Origin: Macrostomum hystrix
Lineage: Eukaryota; Animalia; Platyhelminthes
Direction of reading: 5' to 3'
Length of the DNA: 64,000 nt
NCBI GenBank assembly: GCA_950097015.1
Contig: CATNEN010000024.1
Coordinates: 2,976,001-3,040,000, forward strand
Made by a program: the position numbers and the translations under genes. The stretch's first letter is position 1, and the number at the start of each line of letters is the position of its first letter. The notes beneath the pieces are model-generated. The model was not told the origin of the DNA and did no database searches. It worked only from the letters and a program-made list of their open reading frames with translations. This document shows positions 1 to 12,919 of the stretch, piece after piece.

Positions 1-54
1 AATTACATGCGGAATTGAGCTGCAGTGCCCAAGTGAGTATCCCCTAATGCTTAC

Positions 55-3000
55 CTGGCTATCGATGCCGACAAAGAAGACCATTAGGAAGAACAGGACG
101 GCCCATATTGGAGCGGCCGGTAATTCTGACAGGGCGGATGGGTAAGCCAGAAAGGCAAGGCCGGGGCCTACAAGGGAGAAATAGGGTTTCGAATGTCACT
201 GAATGTGACATTCAGTTTGATGTCACAGTCATTCAGTTCGATTTCACAGTCATTCAGTTTGAAATCTGTGACTGATGACTTTGGCACCTGCCTGAAACCG
301 ACACAATACATCGAAACTGGTCACATTTCAGCTGAAATGAATCACGCAGCAAGCATTCCGTCGAGCCTGCTAGTCCCCAGCCCGGCAAATAACCCTGGAT
401 TTTTCCATGACAATCACGCTGCTGATCTACAGAAGCATCAGAGTTCATTTTACTTCAATTTTCAAGCACTCAGTAGATAATAGATGCTCACAATGGCTCT
501 CAACGAGCCTTGGTTCTATTGAAGAACAATAAAATCTGACCTCTTAACTCCATCTCTAATTAGATTCCCTACTCATCGGGCTCACCTGACGCTGCCACCT
601 GACTGACGTGCTTCTTCTGCGCCTTGGCCATGAATCCGATGACGGAGAAGATAACAAAGCCAGCGAAGATGCTGGTGCAGGAGTTGATGGTGCCTACTAG
701 GAGGGCATCTCTGCGGATTGGGGATGACGGCAGTTGAGGCTGTGTGGGTATCTGTTCGCGATAGCTCCGCTCCCCACTCAATTCTCTCCAGCGCCTCTTC
801 CCCTAAAGCGAAATATCCCCCTTCAACGCGATCCCCAAAACCCAGGCCAGGACGCAGTGAAGCGCAGAGTCTGAGCCAGCCGAGGCACCTGGCGGAGCTG
901 ATATGAGTCGCTTGACATTGAGCACAGCTCTGCGGGCTCTAGCAATGAATTATAGCGATGGGTTGGCCATAAGCCCTGGCATTTGCATATGGGCTGCAGC
1001 TGCGGCTGTGACTGAGAGCCAGCAGTGAGACAGAGCAGGCAGGCGAAACCCGGGGATGGGGCTCAGTCAAAAGGAATTCACGATTACCTGGAGGGTTGGA
1101 GGGTAGGGGGGCCTTCTGTCGCCGCCCAAATCCTGCCTAAGCTGTGGAAGCGGCTGAAGAGTTGCAAAACAGAATCGCTGCCAGAAGCAGAGTATATTGA
1201 CAATGGGAACTCTAAGCATAACAAAACGCATGCAAAAAACACCCGACTGACTATCAAGGCAGTAAAAAAGCACAATTGGAATAAAACCAGGCCAGGTGGA
1301 GGGAACTTATGTAGCAGCAATGGTGAGCAGACAATTATAATGAGTCAATTTATATTTTTTGCAATCTTCAGAGAATGATAGTCGCTCACTTATAGCAGTT
1401 GTTGGTTAGCGGGTTATAGCTGCCCAGAGCGATGTGCGTGCCAAGGCCTAGTCCCAGCGAGAAGAAGATCTGAGAGGCCGCCTGAAGCCACACCTGCGCG
1501 TGCAAATGTTCTTCTTACAAATTAGTTGCTCTAACTGGGAAATAATTGATTGAGTGTATTAGGTTAGTCAGTTTATACCTTGGACTCTTGGATTTTGGTG
1601 AAGTTCGGCTTCAGATAGTACTCAATTCCAATACTGGCGCCATCCAATGTGATGCCGCGGAACAGCAGGATAATGAGCAGCACGTATGGGAATAGAGCTG
1701 TGATGTACACGATCTGAGAAAGGGTTTTGCGGATTTCTGGCCAGTTATAATGGTATTAAGGTGCTAATCTAGTATGTATTTTGGATCCTAAATGGTATTT
1801 AGGATGCAGCCGCATTCATTTGGGTTGCCACGTTATTTTACCACGTCATTCGATGATGTAATAATTAATGAGTCCATCTCAAGCAATTAACTGCACCAAC
1901 CTTGCCGGTCCATTGCACACCCTTGAAGATGCAGAAGTAGCAGATGATCCAAGCGATGCCCAGCGTCAACACCAGCTGCCAGCGAAGCACTCCAGGCTCG
2001 CCAATGTCATTGGACATGCTCAATGCCTGGAGTCTGCGGACCATGGTGAGTTGGTGAGTTGAAATCACGTCTATGGGATTTGTAGTGTCAGGGGATCTGT
2101 AGTGCCAGGGGATCTGTAGTGTCAGGGGATCTGTAGTGTTAGGGGATTTGTAGTGTCAGGGGATCTGCAGTGTCAGGGGATCTGTAGAGTCAGGGGATTT
2201 GTAGTGTCAGGGGATCTGCAGTGTCAGGGGATCTGTAGTGCCAGGGGATCTGTAGTGTCAGGGGATCTGTAGTGTCAGGTGGGATCTGTAGTGTCAGGGG
2301 ATCTGCAGTGTCAGGGGATCTGTAGTGCCAGGGGATCTGTAGTGTCAGGGGATCTGTAGTGTCAGGTGGGATCTGTAGTGTCAGGGGATCTGCAGTGTCA
2401 GGGGATCTGTAGTGCCAGGGGATCTGTAGTGTCAGGGGATCTGTAGTGTCAGGTGGGATCTGTAGTGTCAGGGGATCTGTAGTGTCAGGGGATCTGTAGT
2501 GTCAGGCATCTGTAGTGTCAGGTGGGAACTGTAGTGCCAGGGGATCTGTAGTGTCAGGTGGGATCTGTAGTGTCAGGTGGGATCTGTAGTGTCAGGGGAT
2601 CTGTAGTGTCAAGTGGGATCTGTAGTGCTAGGTGAGATCTGTAGCGTTTGCCTCTCGCACCAAGGTTCCTGAGCTCGATCCCGCGGTGAGGCGGCTACAT
2701 TCATTTGGGGCGCAGAGAGAGAAGGAGAGTAGGCTTAGGCTTGTCGCACAATTAACGACCTTGAGGGCGAAACCTTGAGGGCCTGAAATGGGCAGAACTG
2801 CCTCCTCGCTGGCTGCGGGTCTAGTGTCACAAAAATATGTGCCATTGCACGCAGCCCTCCTGCAATTATTATTTATTATTTATTATTGGCCTACTTTATT
2901 TTTAGTCACAGCCTCAACACTAATTTATTCTCAAGTTCGAATAGTTAAACTGTCTGAAAACACTGTACCCACCGGAGTGTCCGACAGAAAGTCTTCTAAG

Positions 3001-5801
3001 ATTTTCAGATCACTCGGTGATCACTCGAGGAGCAGGCAGAACTGCAGGCAGTGTCACCAAATGATGTGTCCTTGCCGCTCTAACAAGTGCACTAGCACCC
3101 ATTCTATTTCCATCGTTCTCTGTCTCTCATACATTGCGTACGCTTAATACTCATCGATTGTAAGTACGGCCAAATAGATATATAATATATCAGTCTGGCC
3201 CACTTGGAGGGCTCACGTTCTTTCTCACACTTTAAACACGACCTAGTTTATAAGTCATTACAATGATGTACCCTTTCCTGCAGCCCTCCTGCAATTATTA
3301 TTATAGTTATTTTTTGGTTCAATGGGTCTGTGTGGTATCAGGAGGATTCGCAGTGTCAATGGGTCTGTGTGGTATCAGGAAGATTCGCAGTGTCAATGGG
3401 TCTGTGTGGTATCAGTGGGATTCGCAGTGTGAAGGGGTCTGTGTTGGTTTCAGTGGGATTCGCAGTATCAAGGGGTCTGTGTGGTATCAGTGGGATTCGC
3501 AGTGTCAATGGGTCTGTGTGGTATCAGTGGGATTCGCAGTGTCAATGGGTCTGTGTGGTATCAGTGGGATTCGCAGTGTCAAGGGGTCTGTGTGGTATCA
3601 GTGGGATTCGCAGTGTCAAGGGGTCTGTGTGGTATCAGGAGGGATCTATAGTGTCAGATGTGCTGAGTATAACCCTAACAAATTCAGATTGCATCAAAAA
3701 TGACCCCAGTAAAGTTAATGCTGCTCTACTTACTCCCAAAACTCGGCCACTGGAGAGTTCCAGGTGGACTTGTTGCACCTCTGGCACTGCTCCAACTCGC
3801 TGGTGGTGCCGGCAACGGAAATCGGTCCCCAACTCTCGTTGTAGCCGCTAGGAATCAGGGTAGTAGGCAGCAAGCCCCTGGTGAAGTTGGTTGCCGAGTA
3901 AGATATATTAACCATGGTACAGTTGAAGCTGCCGTTGCCAGCAAAGTTAGACATGCAGCAAGGCGTGTTCCAGGTTTCGTTGCACATTTTCCACGGCAGT
4001 TCGCCCAGTGTGAAGCTGTTACCGAGGTAGTAAAAAGCGTAAGCCACTATCACGATGTAGTAGACATTCAGCCAGAAGGCCATAATATTGGCGCAGAAAC
4101 CAACACCTGAAGTTTATTTTGGCATTTTGGAACATTGTTCAGCTGACTGTACTTTAATTGAAACATGGTCAGGTCAAATTTGAATCCAATCCTACAAACA
4201 CTAAAACATACAGATATTCAATTTGAGAGAAATTATTTCTGACAAAACAATATTTTCAAGTAGTTCTGTCACAACCTCTGCTGCGGGGACAGCGCGTAGC
4301 CGATCCCGTTCTGTCAGGGGCAATTAATTAACCCGGCGACAAGCGTCCTAGGAGAAAGACCTTGGTCTTCATTAACGGTGTTTGCGTGTTGTCTTTCTTC
4401 CGTTCTCTGCCTCTTGACTTCTCTGTCGGACCTGCACCTGTCCCAGCGGGGGGCAGTCGGGCTGACAGATTGTTCGCGTGTAAGCAAACATGGGCCGTAG
4501 ACATAGATTGGCATCAATGTGGTTTGCAAAATGCTAGGCCCAAAAGAAAACAAGCCCAAACCCAAAGGCCCTGGCAACGGAACAAGCTTCTTTACCCTTG
4601 AAGATCGGGCAGTACTTCCACACGCCCAGGCCGCCGACGTTTAGCATCTGGCCGAGGCTCATCTCCAGCATCAGCATCGGGATGCCGCCGAAGAACAGAG
4701 TGATGAGATAGGGGATCAGGAAGGTGCCTGCGTTTGGTGGGCCGTAGCGGGGGGGAAGGGATGATAGATGAATTCCTAGAAATGTAAACTGTTTACGATT
4801 AACGGCAGTTACAGTCTTTTAGTTATGTCGGTGTCACTAAATGAATTAATAGTTATAAATATATGAAATATATCTATATAAGACATCATTTACATCCTAT
4901 TTGTGAACTTTGTTTAACTGGAACTTTTTTCTGAATCTATTCATAATTCGTGATTTTTTGTGCTAGAAGCGGAAATAATGTACAATCGAGTGGTTTGACA
5001 GCGTGAACTAGCCTTAGAGGGTAAACCTCGGTTATAAATGTACTCTGTGAGGGCAAAAATTTGAAGCAGATTCGAACACAGAAATAAAAAATAATAATCA
5101 TAAAAAAATAATAATTGCAGGAGGGCTGCGGCCATTAGCACATTATTTGGTGACACGAGACCCGCAGCCAGCGAGCAGGCAATTCTGCCCTTTCCGCTGA
5201 CTCCTAAGCACACACGCACACAGATACCGTAAGCAGGCATACGCTCACACAGGTGTGTACATCTGCTGCGACTTTCTCATCATCAGGCAGTGTACACTCT
5301 CACTGGGCCTTGGAGGTTGGCCCTCAAGGGCGTAAATTGCACGACAAGCCCCTAAGCCTTCTCTCCGTTTCTGCTCCCCAAATGAATGTGGCCTCGCCGC
5401 GGAATCGAGCTCAGGGACCTAGGTGCGAGAGGGAAAGGCGCTAGACCGCTCTGCCACTCACTATTTGTAGATAGCCATCTAACACCAATGCCGCTTACCG
5501 CCGCCGTTCTCGTAGCACAGATACGGGAATCGCCAAACGTTGCCAAGGCCGATGCAGAGTCCGATGCAACTCAGAATGAAGTCCAGCTTGCTGCTCCATT
5601 TCTCTCGCACATGAGCAGCCGGAGCTGCGATCTCCTGCAGATTGAGGACGGAGAAGAGACTAGGTTCTCCACAACTTAAGAGTGAAAGGTAAATGTTCAT
5701 GTTTGACTAACCTTGGCAGAGTCCGCAGCTTCTTCGCCGGATCGCAGCGGTACCTTCGCCGCTACAGCGTCGTCCTCGGTCTCCTTACCGTCGGGTTCCA
5801 T
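55..5801 (-). CDS. SLC6: SLC6 sodium/chloride-dependent neurotransmitter transporter, GABA/taurine/creatine type; 5' part only, gene runs off the left edge
   Basis: Phase-compatible GT-AG exons on minus: 5801-5712 (MEPDGK..), 5634-5499 ([36 protein letters not shown]), 4727-4596 (TFLIPY..FKG), 4106-3734 (TM3 and EL2, SPVAEFW), 2033-1901 (KGVQWTGK), 1713-1579 (YITALFPY), 1493-1390 ([14 protein letters not shown]), 710-586 ([15 protein letters not shown]), 167-55 ([15 protein letters not shown]). TM1 has Gly rather than the Asp of monoamine transporters. Confidence 0.95.
2080..2645. repeat. 17-bp (some 19-bp) intronic minisatellite, unit gatctgtagtgtcaggg
   Basis: Direct tandem units visible; lies next to the SLC6 acceptor at 2034. 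Confidence 0.95.
2640..2890 (+). mobile_element. tRNA-derived SINE family A, internally deleted copy
   Basis: Same head (cctctcgcaccaagg..gagctcgatccc) and tail (gccctcctgcaattattatt) as the copy at 5095-5462. Confidence 0.75.
3320..3660. repeat. 37-bp intronic minisatellite
   Basis: Unit tgggtctgtgtggtatcagtgggattcgcagtgtcaa, about 9 copies. Confidence 0.95.
5095..5462 (-). mobile_element. tRNA-derived SINE family A, near full length (about 370 bp)
   Basis: On minus: A box TGGCAGAGCGG (5456-5446), B-box-like GCTCGATTCC (5410-5401), conserved body, (ATT)n tail. Other copies at 2640, 11815, 14075, 27680, 38140 and 41630. Confidence 0.85.
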
Positions 5802-6938
5802 TTTGCGGCTTTGCTTTCCGGACTGCAAAGATAAGTAGAGAAAAGCCTCTGAGGCAAGGCCGAAGATTGCGCGGTGCCACTGTCAGCGGTGATATTAGTG
5901 CATTCCGGGTGGCGGCCTGAGAGGCGGACTCCGCTGGCCGCCCATTGGTTGCCGAGGAAGGGTGCTGTTGAGGTGGCTCACCAAGGCAGCATCGAGAAAT
6001 AGATAGAGCTTTCAATGAAAGAGAGATCGACAGCGAGTAAAGAGAGAGTAGAGTTTATCCGATTGACAGCGGGGCCCTGGGAACGTCACAGAAGAGTTCC
6101 GCATGTCACAGCTAGATTGAGTGAGCGAGTGAGAATTTGCAATTGTGCCGGGAGCCCCCGAGGCGGATGGACTGGCGGTCCGGTCTGGTTTTCCTCGGCA
6201 AAATATCGCTCCACTGTGTTAATTAGCGCATCTGTGCCGGGTCGCGGCAGTTCTCACACACAAGTCCGATGCCCTGTTCGTCTTAGCTGCACCACTTTAC
6301 TCTGCAACTATAGCCACTGCTGCCACACATGCCCGACTCAAAGCTGTTCGAATGGGACAAGGATTTAGGTAGGGGGAGGAAAGCTTTTAAGACCAGCTCG
6401 GTTGGCGCTGGAATCCGGTTTGATCCGACCCCGGGGTCCGGTATCCGCGGTTTACTGAGTAGAACGCGCGTTCCTGAACAGGAAGCGGGAGTGGCCTGTG
6501 GGAAGAGTTGCGGAAAAAATCAATTGCAGGCATCGGGGAGGACCGCATGGTCCGGCAGATTCTTCTTGGATTGCGGACCGCGACAGTCTCTTTCCATTTG
6601 TGCGCGTCGCTGGACCAGTCTCGAGATCTCAGCAGCGAGGTTTGGCGCAGCTCATTTGTAATTTAACTCGGATAGAGAGGCCTGTGTCATTTTCAGCTCA
6701 GGGAACCAGTGAGAATAAGTGAGGATATCTCTGCCACCAGCAGCTATGCGGACTGAAATGGTAGAGTTCATGGAACACATGGTCACAGGGATTAGGATTT
6801 CACTACTTCCCTCTATATCTGGGCTCTCCCCTTTTTCCTTCTCTCTGTCTCTCTCTCTTTTTAAGTTTCCATTTTTTTCTAGCGGAAGAATTTCTGGCAA
6901 TGACCTCAGCTAATCTGGCCTGGGTACCAGCTGCGATC

Positions 6939-6979
<41 letters not shown>

Positions 6980-7524
6980 AAGTAGATGAGCAGCGGTCCG
7001 ATACAGCTGGAGAGCCGTTCCTTATAGAACTTTAATTTATTCTCAAGCGTCTCACAGCTGCTAGTAGCCTAAATAAGTAGCTCGCAAAGCTGAGCAGGCA
7101 GCCGACCATCGTTCAGGACCTTTGATGAGAGAAACTGCATGCGGCTGCGACACGGCCGACAGCTGCTACTGGAGTGCGAATTCAGGGCAGCGGCTGTGGC
7201 GCTCCGGATAGCTTTTCCGCCCAGGGTCATTAATTATTCCCATCGCCTTGCTGGTGATGCATGAGACGTGTGGGGTTACGGACACTCAAGTATCAGTTTT
7301 TTATCCCAGCTCCGGCTATTCCTGGAAGCGCTAAAGTCCCAATTTTATCCTTTCTTATCCTGGGGTTATAACACATCGACTCAGCCACAGATCCACAGAG
7401 TCCACAGAGTCCACAGATCCACTTAACTTAATCTTTTATTCGCCAGTTCTAGCCAAGGCCTAATCGGAGTTATCTATTCTCTGCGTGATTACGATTTCTA
7501 AATTCGACAATTCAAGACGTTCTT

Positions 7525-8100
7525 TGTGGAATTCGACAGTTTCAGGAATTCGACAGATTAAGGAATTCGACAGATTTAGGAATTCGACAGATTAAGGAAT
7601 TCGACAGATTAAGGAATTCGACAGATTAAGGAATTCGACAGATTAAGAAATTCGACAGTTTCAGGAATTCGATAGATTTAGGAATTCGACAGATTAAGGA
7701 ATTCGACAGATTAAGAAATTCGACAGTTTCAGGAATTCGACAGTTTTAGGAATTCGACAGTTTTAGGAATTCGACAGTTTTAGGAATTCGACAGTTTTGG
7801 GAATTCGACAGTTTTAGGAATTCGACAGTTTTGGGAATTCGACAGTTTTGGGAATTCGTCAGTTTTAGGAATTCGACAGTTTTAGGAATTCGATAGATTT
7901 AGGAATTCGACAGTTTTGGGAATTCGACAGTTTTGGGAATTCGTCAGTTTTGGGAATTCGTCAGTTTTAGGAATTCGCCAGTTTTGGGAATTCGACAGTT
8001 TTGGGAATTCGTCAGTTTTGGGAATTCGTCAGTTTTAGGAATTCGCCAGTTTTGGGAATTCGCCAGTTTTTGGAATTCGCCAGTTTTGTGAGTCTTCGTC
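7525..8100. repeat. 18-bp minisatellite ggaattcgacagttttag (GAATTC in most units)
   Basis: About 30 degenerate tandem units. Confidence 0.95.
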
Positions 8101-8961
8101 AAGTAGGAATTCCAATTCCGTGCGTTTCGGTCACTTTTTGGGTAAAAAGGAAAATGGATCGCGACAATTAGTCCATGCAAAATAAATTGTAAAGTTTTGA
8201 CCAATCTAGCCTAATCAAACGAATTGCCGATTGCTTCACAAAGGTTTCATAATTATGCACTTTTTAATCCAAGCAATGCAATGCCGATTCGTTAATTCTC
8301 GAGGGGAATTCCCAAGGTCGCAATGTCTCTTTGTAGATTTCTCTAGTCTTCAGTTCTCCATTAAATTGTCTTCGCCTTTTTGTCTTTGCACCTTAATTAG
8401 ACGAGCTCCCACACCGCTGTCGGGTAGCCCTCTGTTGAGCTCAACAGGTGGTGAGGACAACACATTTTACGAGACAAGAGTGTTCAAATTGGTTTTAGTC
8501 CTGACCTCAGCTGTCGGCCTGACCAAGGTTAATTAAACACGCACTGCTGCTGCTGGTGTTGCTGCAGTTGAGAAAAAAAGCAATAAAAAATTGCACCTGT
8601 CTAATGCACATCCTGCCTACAGTGCGATGCGTCGGTAAATGAAATCCATTTTTTAGAATTCATGAAACACAGGCCTCCCTCAGTTGGGAGTCGACAGAAA
8701 ATGCACTTTTTATTTATCCTTTACGCGCTCGGCAAATTTTTTCATTCTCAACCAAGCGGACCGGCTAGTTAATTAGTCCGTGCAACAGCGCCGGCGGTGT
8801 GTAATGGGAAAAATTTGGGATCGGCGCTGAGAATAGAATCCGGGATCCTGGTCTGCCTAACTAAGGATGCGGGGTAGGAAAGGTGTATTAAAATGATTAA
8901 TTGAGTGAGAGAGAAAAAAACTCGCTTAGCTTGTGTGACTGTGGTGTGAGTGTGTGTGTGT

Positions 8962-8992
<31 letters not shown>

Positions 8993-9480
8993 AGTCCGAT
9001 TGAACTCCTAAACTCATCTCTATGATGAAGCGACGCCGCGTTGAAATAAATGAGAGATGAAGGGGAACCTTTAGCAGTGTTTGTGTGAATGATTATCCCT
9101 TCCAAAGAGCTGTTGCTGCTACAGCTGGAAGCCGGCTATTCAGCGCACCGAGGCCGGGATGTGTTCTGATGGGGGCACTCTCAGGCCATGAACTTAACGC
9201 CAATTATAACTAGTCAGCAACGCGCCAAGGACACGGACCCCAACAATCATCTCCGATCGAACGTCGACTTTGACACCCAGCTCATAAATCACACTCACTG
9301 CTCACTGCCCACTGCCATGGACCGGAAACGTACGTTGAAATGGTTCAGGTCGTGTACTGTACAGAACTATCGCTTGCTCAACTAGTTTCTGCTGAGCTGA
9401 TCATCTGTATATTTTTAGAAATTCAGAAAGCAGTTTCAATTATGAATAATTTTTTATTGTTGAAGAATGAAACAAAATAC

Positions 9481-9788
<308 letters not shown>

Positions 9789-10500
9789 CCTTACTACAAG
9801 TAATAAGCGCAGTTTTTTCTCCATTTTTCACACACTTTCCTCATTTTAAATGCTGTCTTTCTGGCCTAAATTCTCATTGTCTAGCTGCAATGAATTTGCA
9901 GAATGATTTTCTGAATTCGGCTTGCTTTTTGAAATGTTTCACAAAATTCTCTGGAGAAGCTAAGTATCTTATTTCTGGTACGATTTTAGCGCTAGGAGTT
10001 ATATTCATTACTTTCGTTTGGAAAATGGAGCTAGATTGTACATTCAGAGCTCTATAGTCTGACGGGTGAACTAAAAATAGCGCTAACCGAAGTCAATGTA
10101 CGAGCGTACATTCGCTTCACTATGAAAGAGGTGGGTGCCATTGCACACTAGGCGGCTGTCGTACATCGCCTTCATGCGTACATTAAACGGAAAAAGTCTA
10201 GGCCTTGGGAAATCCAAGCAAATTAAACAGATTTTTCTTGAGTCTAAATGATTTTTTGAAGTTCCTTGAACACGGGTTTAACAGGCATGGAACAGTGTTA
10301 CTTCCTTTTTATTGTTACCAAATAATTGACTCTCTACTGCAGACTCTGCCGTGGCTCATGGGATTTCCTTGGCAATTCATACTTCGCTGTTCTTGCATCT
10401 GTTATTATGCACCTCAGCTGCCAACAAGCCTCATATCTAGTCGACTGCTCTAGCGCAACTGTAGCTGTAACTGTAGCTGTAGCTATAGGCGGATATTAAA

Positions 10501-11782
10501 ATGACTCAAGCATCTCAGGAGACCATTGACCGATGGATACACCGACACCTACTAGAGAATGACCTGGCAGGCCTGCAGTGGATAAGTCAGTCGGATGGCA
10601 TCTTCAGCATCGCCTGGCCTCATCTGTCAGCGCATCACTGCAGACTGCAACAGATTAAAAACAATGTCTTTCTGGCCTATGCCAGACATAGAGGTGAGAA
10701 TGCTGTAAACAATGCTGAGTTTAGTTCTTTATCTATGTATGAGCTTCTATTGGTTTAGACAAAGTATATTTTATTGTGTTACCTGGCCATTTATAAGGAT
10801 ACTAACAACAGATATATGCACAGGTAGATGATTACCGGTGATGTACTGAAGGACAGGTAGATGATTACAGGTGATGTACTGAAGGACACGTAGATGATTA
10901 CCGGTGATGTACTGAAGGACAGGTAGATGATTACAGGTGATGTACTGAAGGACACGTAGATGATTACCGGTGATGTACTGAAGGACAGGTAGATGATTAC
11001 AGGTGATGTACTGAAGGACAGGTAGATGATTACAGGTGATGTACTGAAGGACAGGTAGATGATTACAGGTGATGTACTGAAGGACAGGTAGATGATTACA
11101 GGTGATGTACTGAAGGACAGGTAGATGATTACAGGTGATGTACTGAAGGACACGTAGATGATTACAGGTGATGTACTGAAGGACAGGTAGATGATTGCAG
11201 ATAATGCAGTAAAGAGCCTGGAGCAAAAACCTGTCTTTTTCCTGTGTTTTCTACAGTAAATGCGCTCATACTACAGTATATATTTGATAGTAATTCATAC
11301 CGATGACAAAGTCTTGGTTTTCGACTCCGCTTAAACTTCTTTTTTTAGGCGACAAAGCTAGACATTACGCTGTGCTCAAGCAAAATCTGAGATGCGCCCT
11401 GATGGGCAATAAAAACATCGCCTACCTGAGAAGCAGAAGTCGTTCAAGGGGTAGCAATGCCTGTCGAGTCTATCAGTTCCATCAGACTGAATCATTGGCA
11501 ACCGAAGAGGCAGCTGTGGCAACCGACGAGGCAGATGTGGCAACCGACGAGGCAGCTGTGGCAACCGACGAGGCAGCTGTGGCAACCGACGAAGCGGCTG
11601 TGGAAACCGACAGGGCAGCTGCGGCAACCGACGAGGCAGCTAACGTGGCAACCGGCGAGCAGAATCTGATCCATGAGATTGCCGACTATCCAGGATTATC
11701 ACCGAGTGATCTGAAAAGCTTAGAAGACTTTCTGTCGGACACTCCCGCGGGTACACTGTTTTCAGACAGTTTAAATATTTGA
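10501..11782 (+). CDS. IRF: Interferon regulatory factor (IRF)-like transcription factor 1: DNA-binding domain plus short acidic tail, about 208 aa
   Basis: Exon 1 is 10501-10693 (RW..LQW..FSIAWPH..FLAYARHR/G). Exon 2 is 11349-11782 (LKQNLRCALMG..CRVYQF). Phase-1 GT-AG intron. The pattern matches the IRF tryptophan-cluster domain (W..W..F.IPW.H..F.AWA..K..LRCAL..YKVY). Confidence 0.8.
10820..11200. repeat. 33-bp minisatellite in the IRF-1 intron
   Basis: Unit caggtagatgattacaggtgatgtactgaagga, about 11 copies. Confidence 0.95.
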
Positions 11783-11814
11783 ACTTGAGAATACTAAGGC
11801 TGTGACAAAAAAAC

Positions 11815-12190
11815 ATATAATAATAATTATTATTAATGATAACAGGAGGGCTGCGGGCAATGGCACAATTTTTTTAGAAACTAGAGAGGCAGCCAGCGAG
11901 GAGGCAGTTCTGCCCGTTTCGCCGACTCCTGAGCACACACGCACACAGATACCATACGCAGGCACACGCTCACACAGGTGTGTACATCTGCTGTGACTTT
12001 CTCATCGTCAGGCAGTGTACACTCTCACTGTACCTTGGAGTTTGGCCCTCAAGGGCGTAAACTGCACGACAAGCCCCCCAAGCCTTCTCTCCGATTCTGC
12101 GCCCCAAATGAATGTGGCCTCGCAGTGGAATCGAGCTCAGGGAGTTTGGCGCGAGAGGCAAACGCGTTAACTGCTCTGCCACCGACCCCT
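11815..12190 (-). mobile_element. SINE family A copy
   Basis: Colinear with 5095-5462. Confidence 0.85.
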
Positions 12191-12597
12191 AAAATAAGCC
12201 AAAGATGTAACGCTGCACGTCTCATACCTATTCAGTGACAGGATCAGTTTGCATCCGAGTTTAGCTTAATTATTTGTCTCCAAGCTGATGATAAATATAT
12301 GACAATCTATGAAACTAAATCGGCTGCATGTTTTATTTAAATTCCTAGTCTATTGTAACCATTTTTGTTTTACGTAAATCAAAAGACACTTTCAAATGGT
12401 ACGAGTACTTAACAAATTATCTGAGTTCGCCAGCGTACTTGATTCGAAATCAGAACCCAGAGGAGCGACAGAGTTTGTGGCAGACAGTATAGTACAAGAA
12501 ATTGTACAAACATGATATGTCTATACGGGAATTCTTTACGAAATTTTCGCTCCTGCTAGCTGTTCAAAAGTGAAGCATTCATATTCTGATTGGGCCA

Positions 12598-12860
12598 GAT
12601 GTGCAGCCGACAGCACAGCCGCAGCTATTGCGCAGCGCATCTGAAGGCTGCGTACGGCTGTTCAGTCCATGGACTGGTGGGACGCCACACCCACCCTCAA
12701 TTAGCCCAGCTAATACTGGTACCCATTTAACAGCTGGGTGAACTGAAGCAATCCAGAGTTAAGTGACTTGCTAAAGGATGCAAATTGTTCTAGTGGAGTC
12801 TGGGAGTCGAGCTCCCGACCTTCAAGTCGTGAGTCCAAATCTGTAAAAACTTCAATCTTA
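12598..12860 (-). mobile_element. tRNA-derived SINE family B (CORE-like)
   Basis: Reverse complement reads tcctttagcaagtcacttaactctggattgcttcagttcacccagctgttaaatgggtac; same tail as 26060-26135. Confidence 0.75.
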
Positions 12861-12919
12861 TAGACTCCAGCATCTTCACATTGGTAGTTTTCATTGGTTA
12901 TTGTGGTCTGTGCGCTCAA

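Noticed and set aside
4266-4590. Possible solo LTR starting TGTCACAA in an SLC6 intron
   Set aside because: No second copy, TSD, PBS or clear CA end in the window
4941-5240. Recurrent ORFs starting [10 protein letters not shown] or MCTSA (also 11771, 14031, 27756)
   Set aside because: They are translations of SINE A, with frames differing between copies
5255-5297. Calling an active hammerhead ribozyme as a feature
   Set aside because: Only 3 nt lie between CUGAUGA and GAAA and 1 nt between GAAA and UC, so stems II and III cannot form; kept only as a low-confidence lead
6015-6913. Several short ORFs upstream of SLC6
   Set aside because: No motifs, overlapping frames on both strands; more likely promoter or 5' UTR sequence
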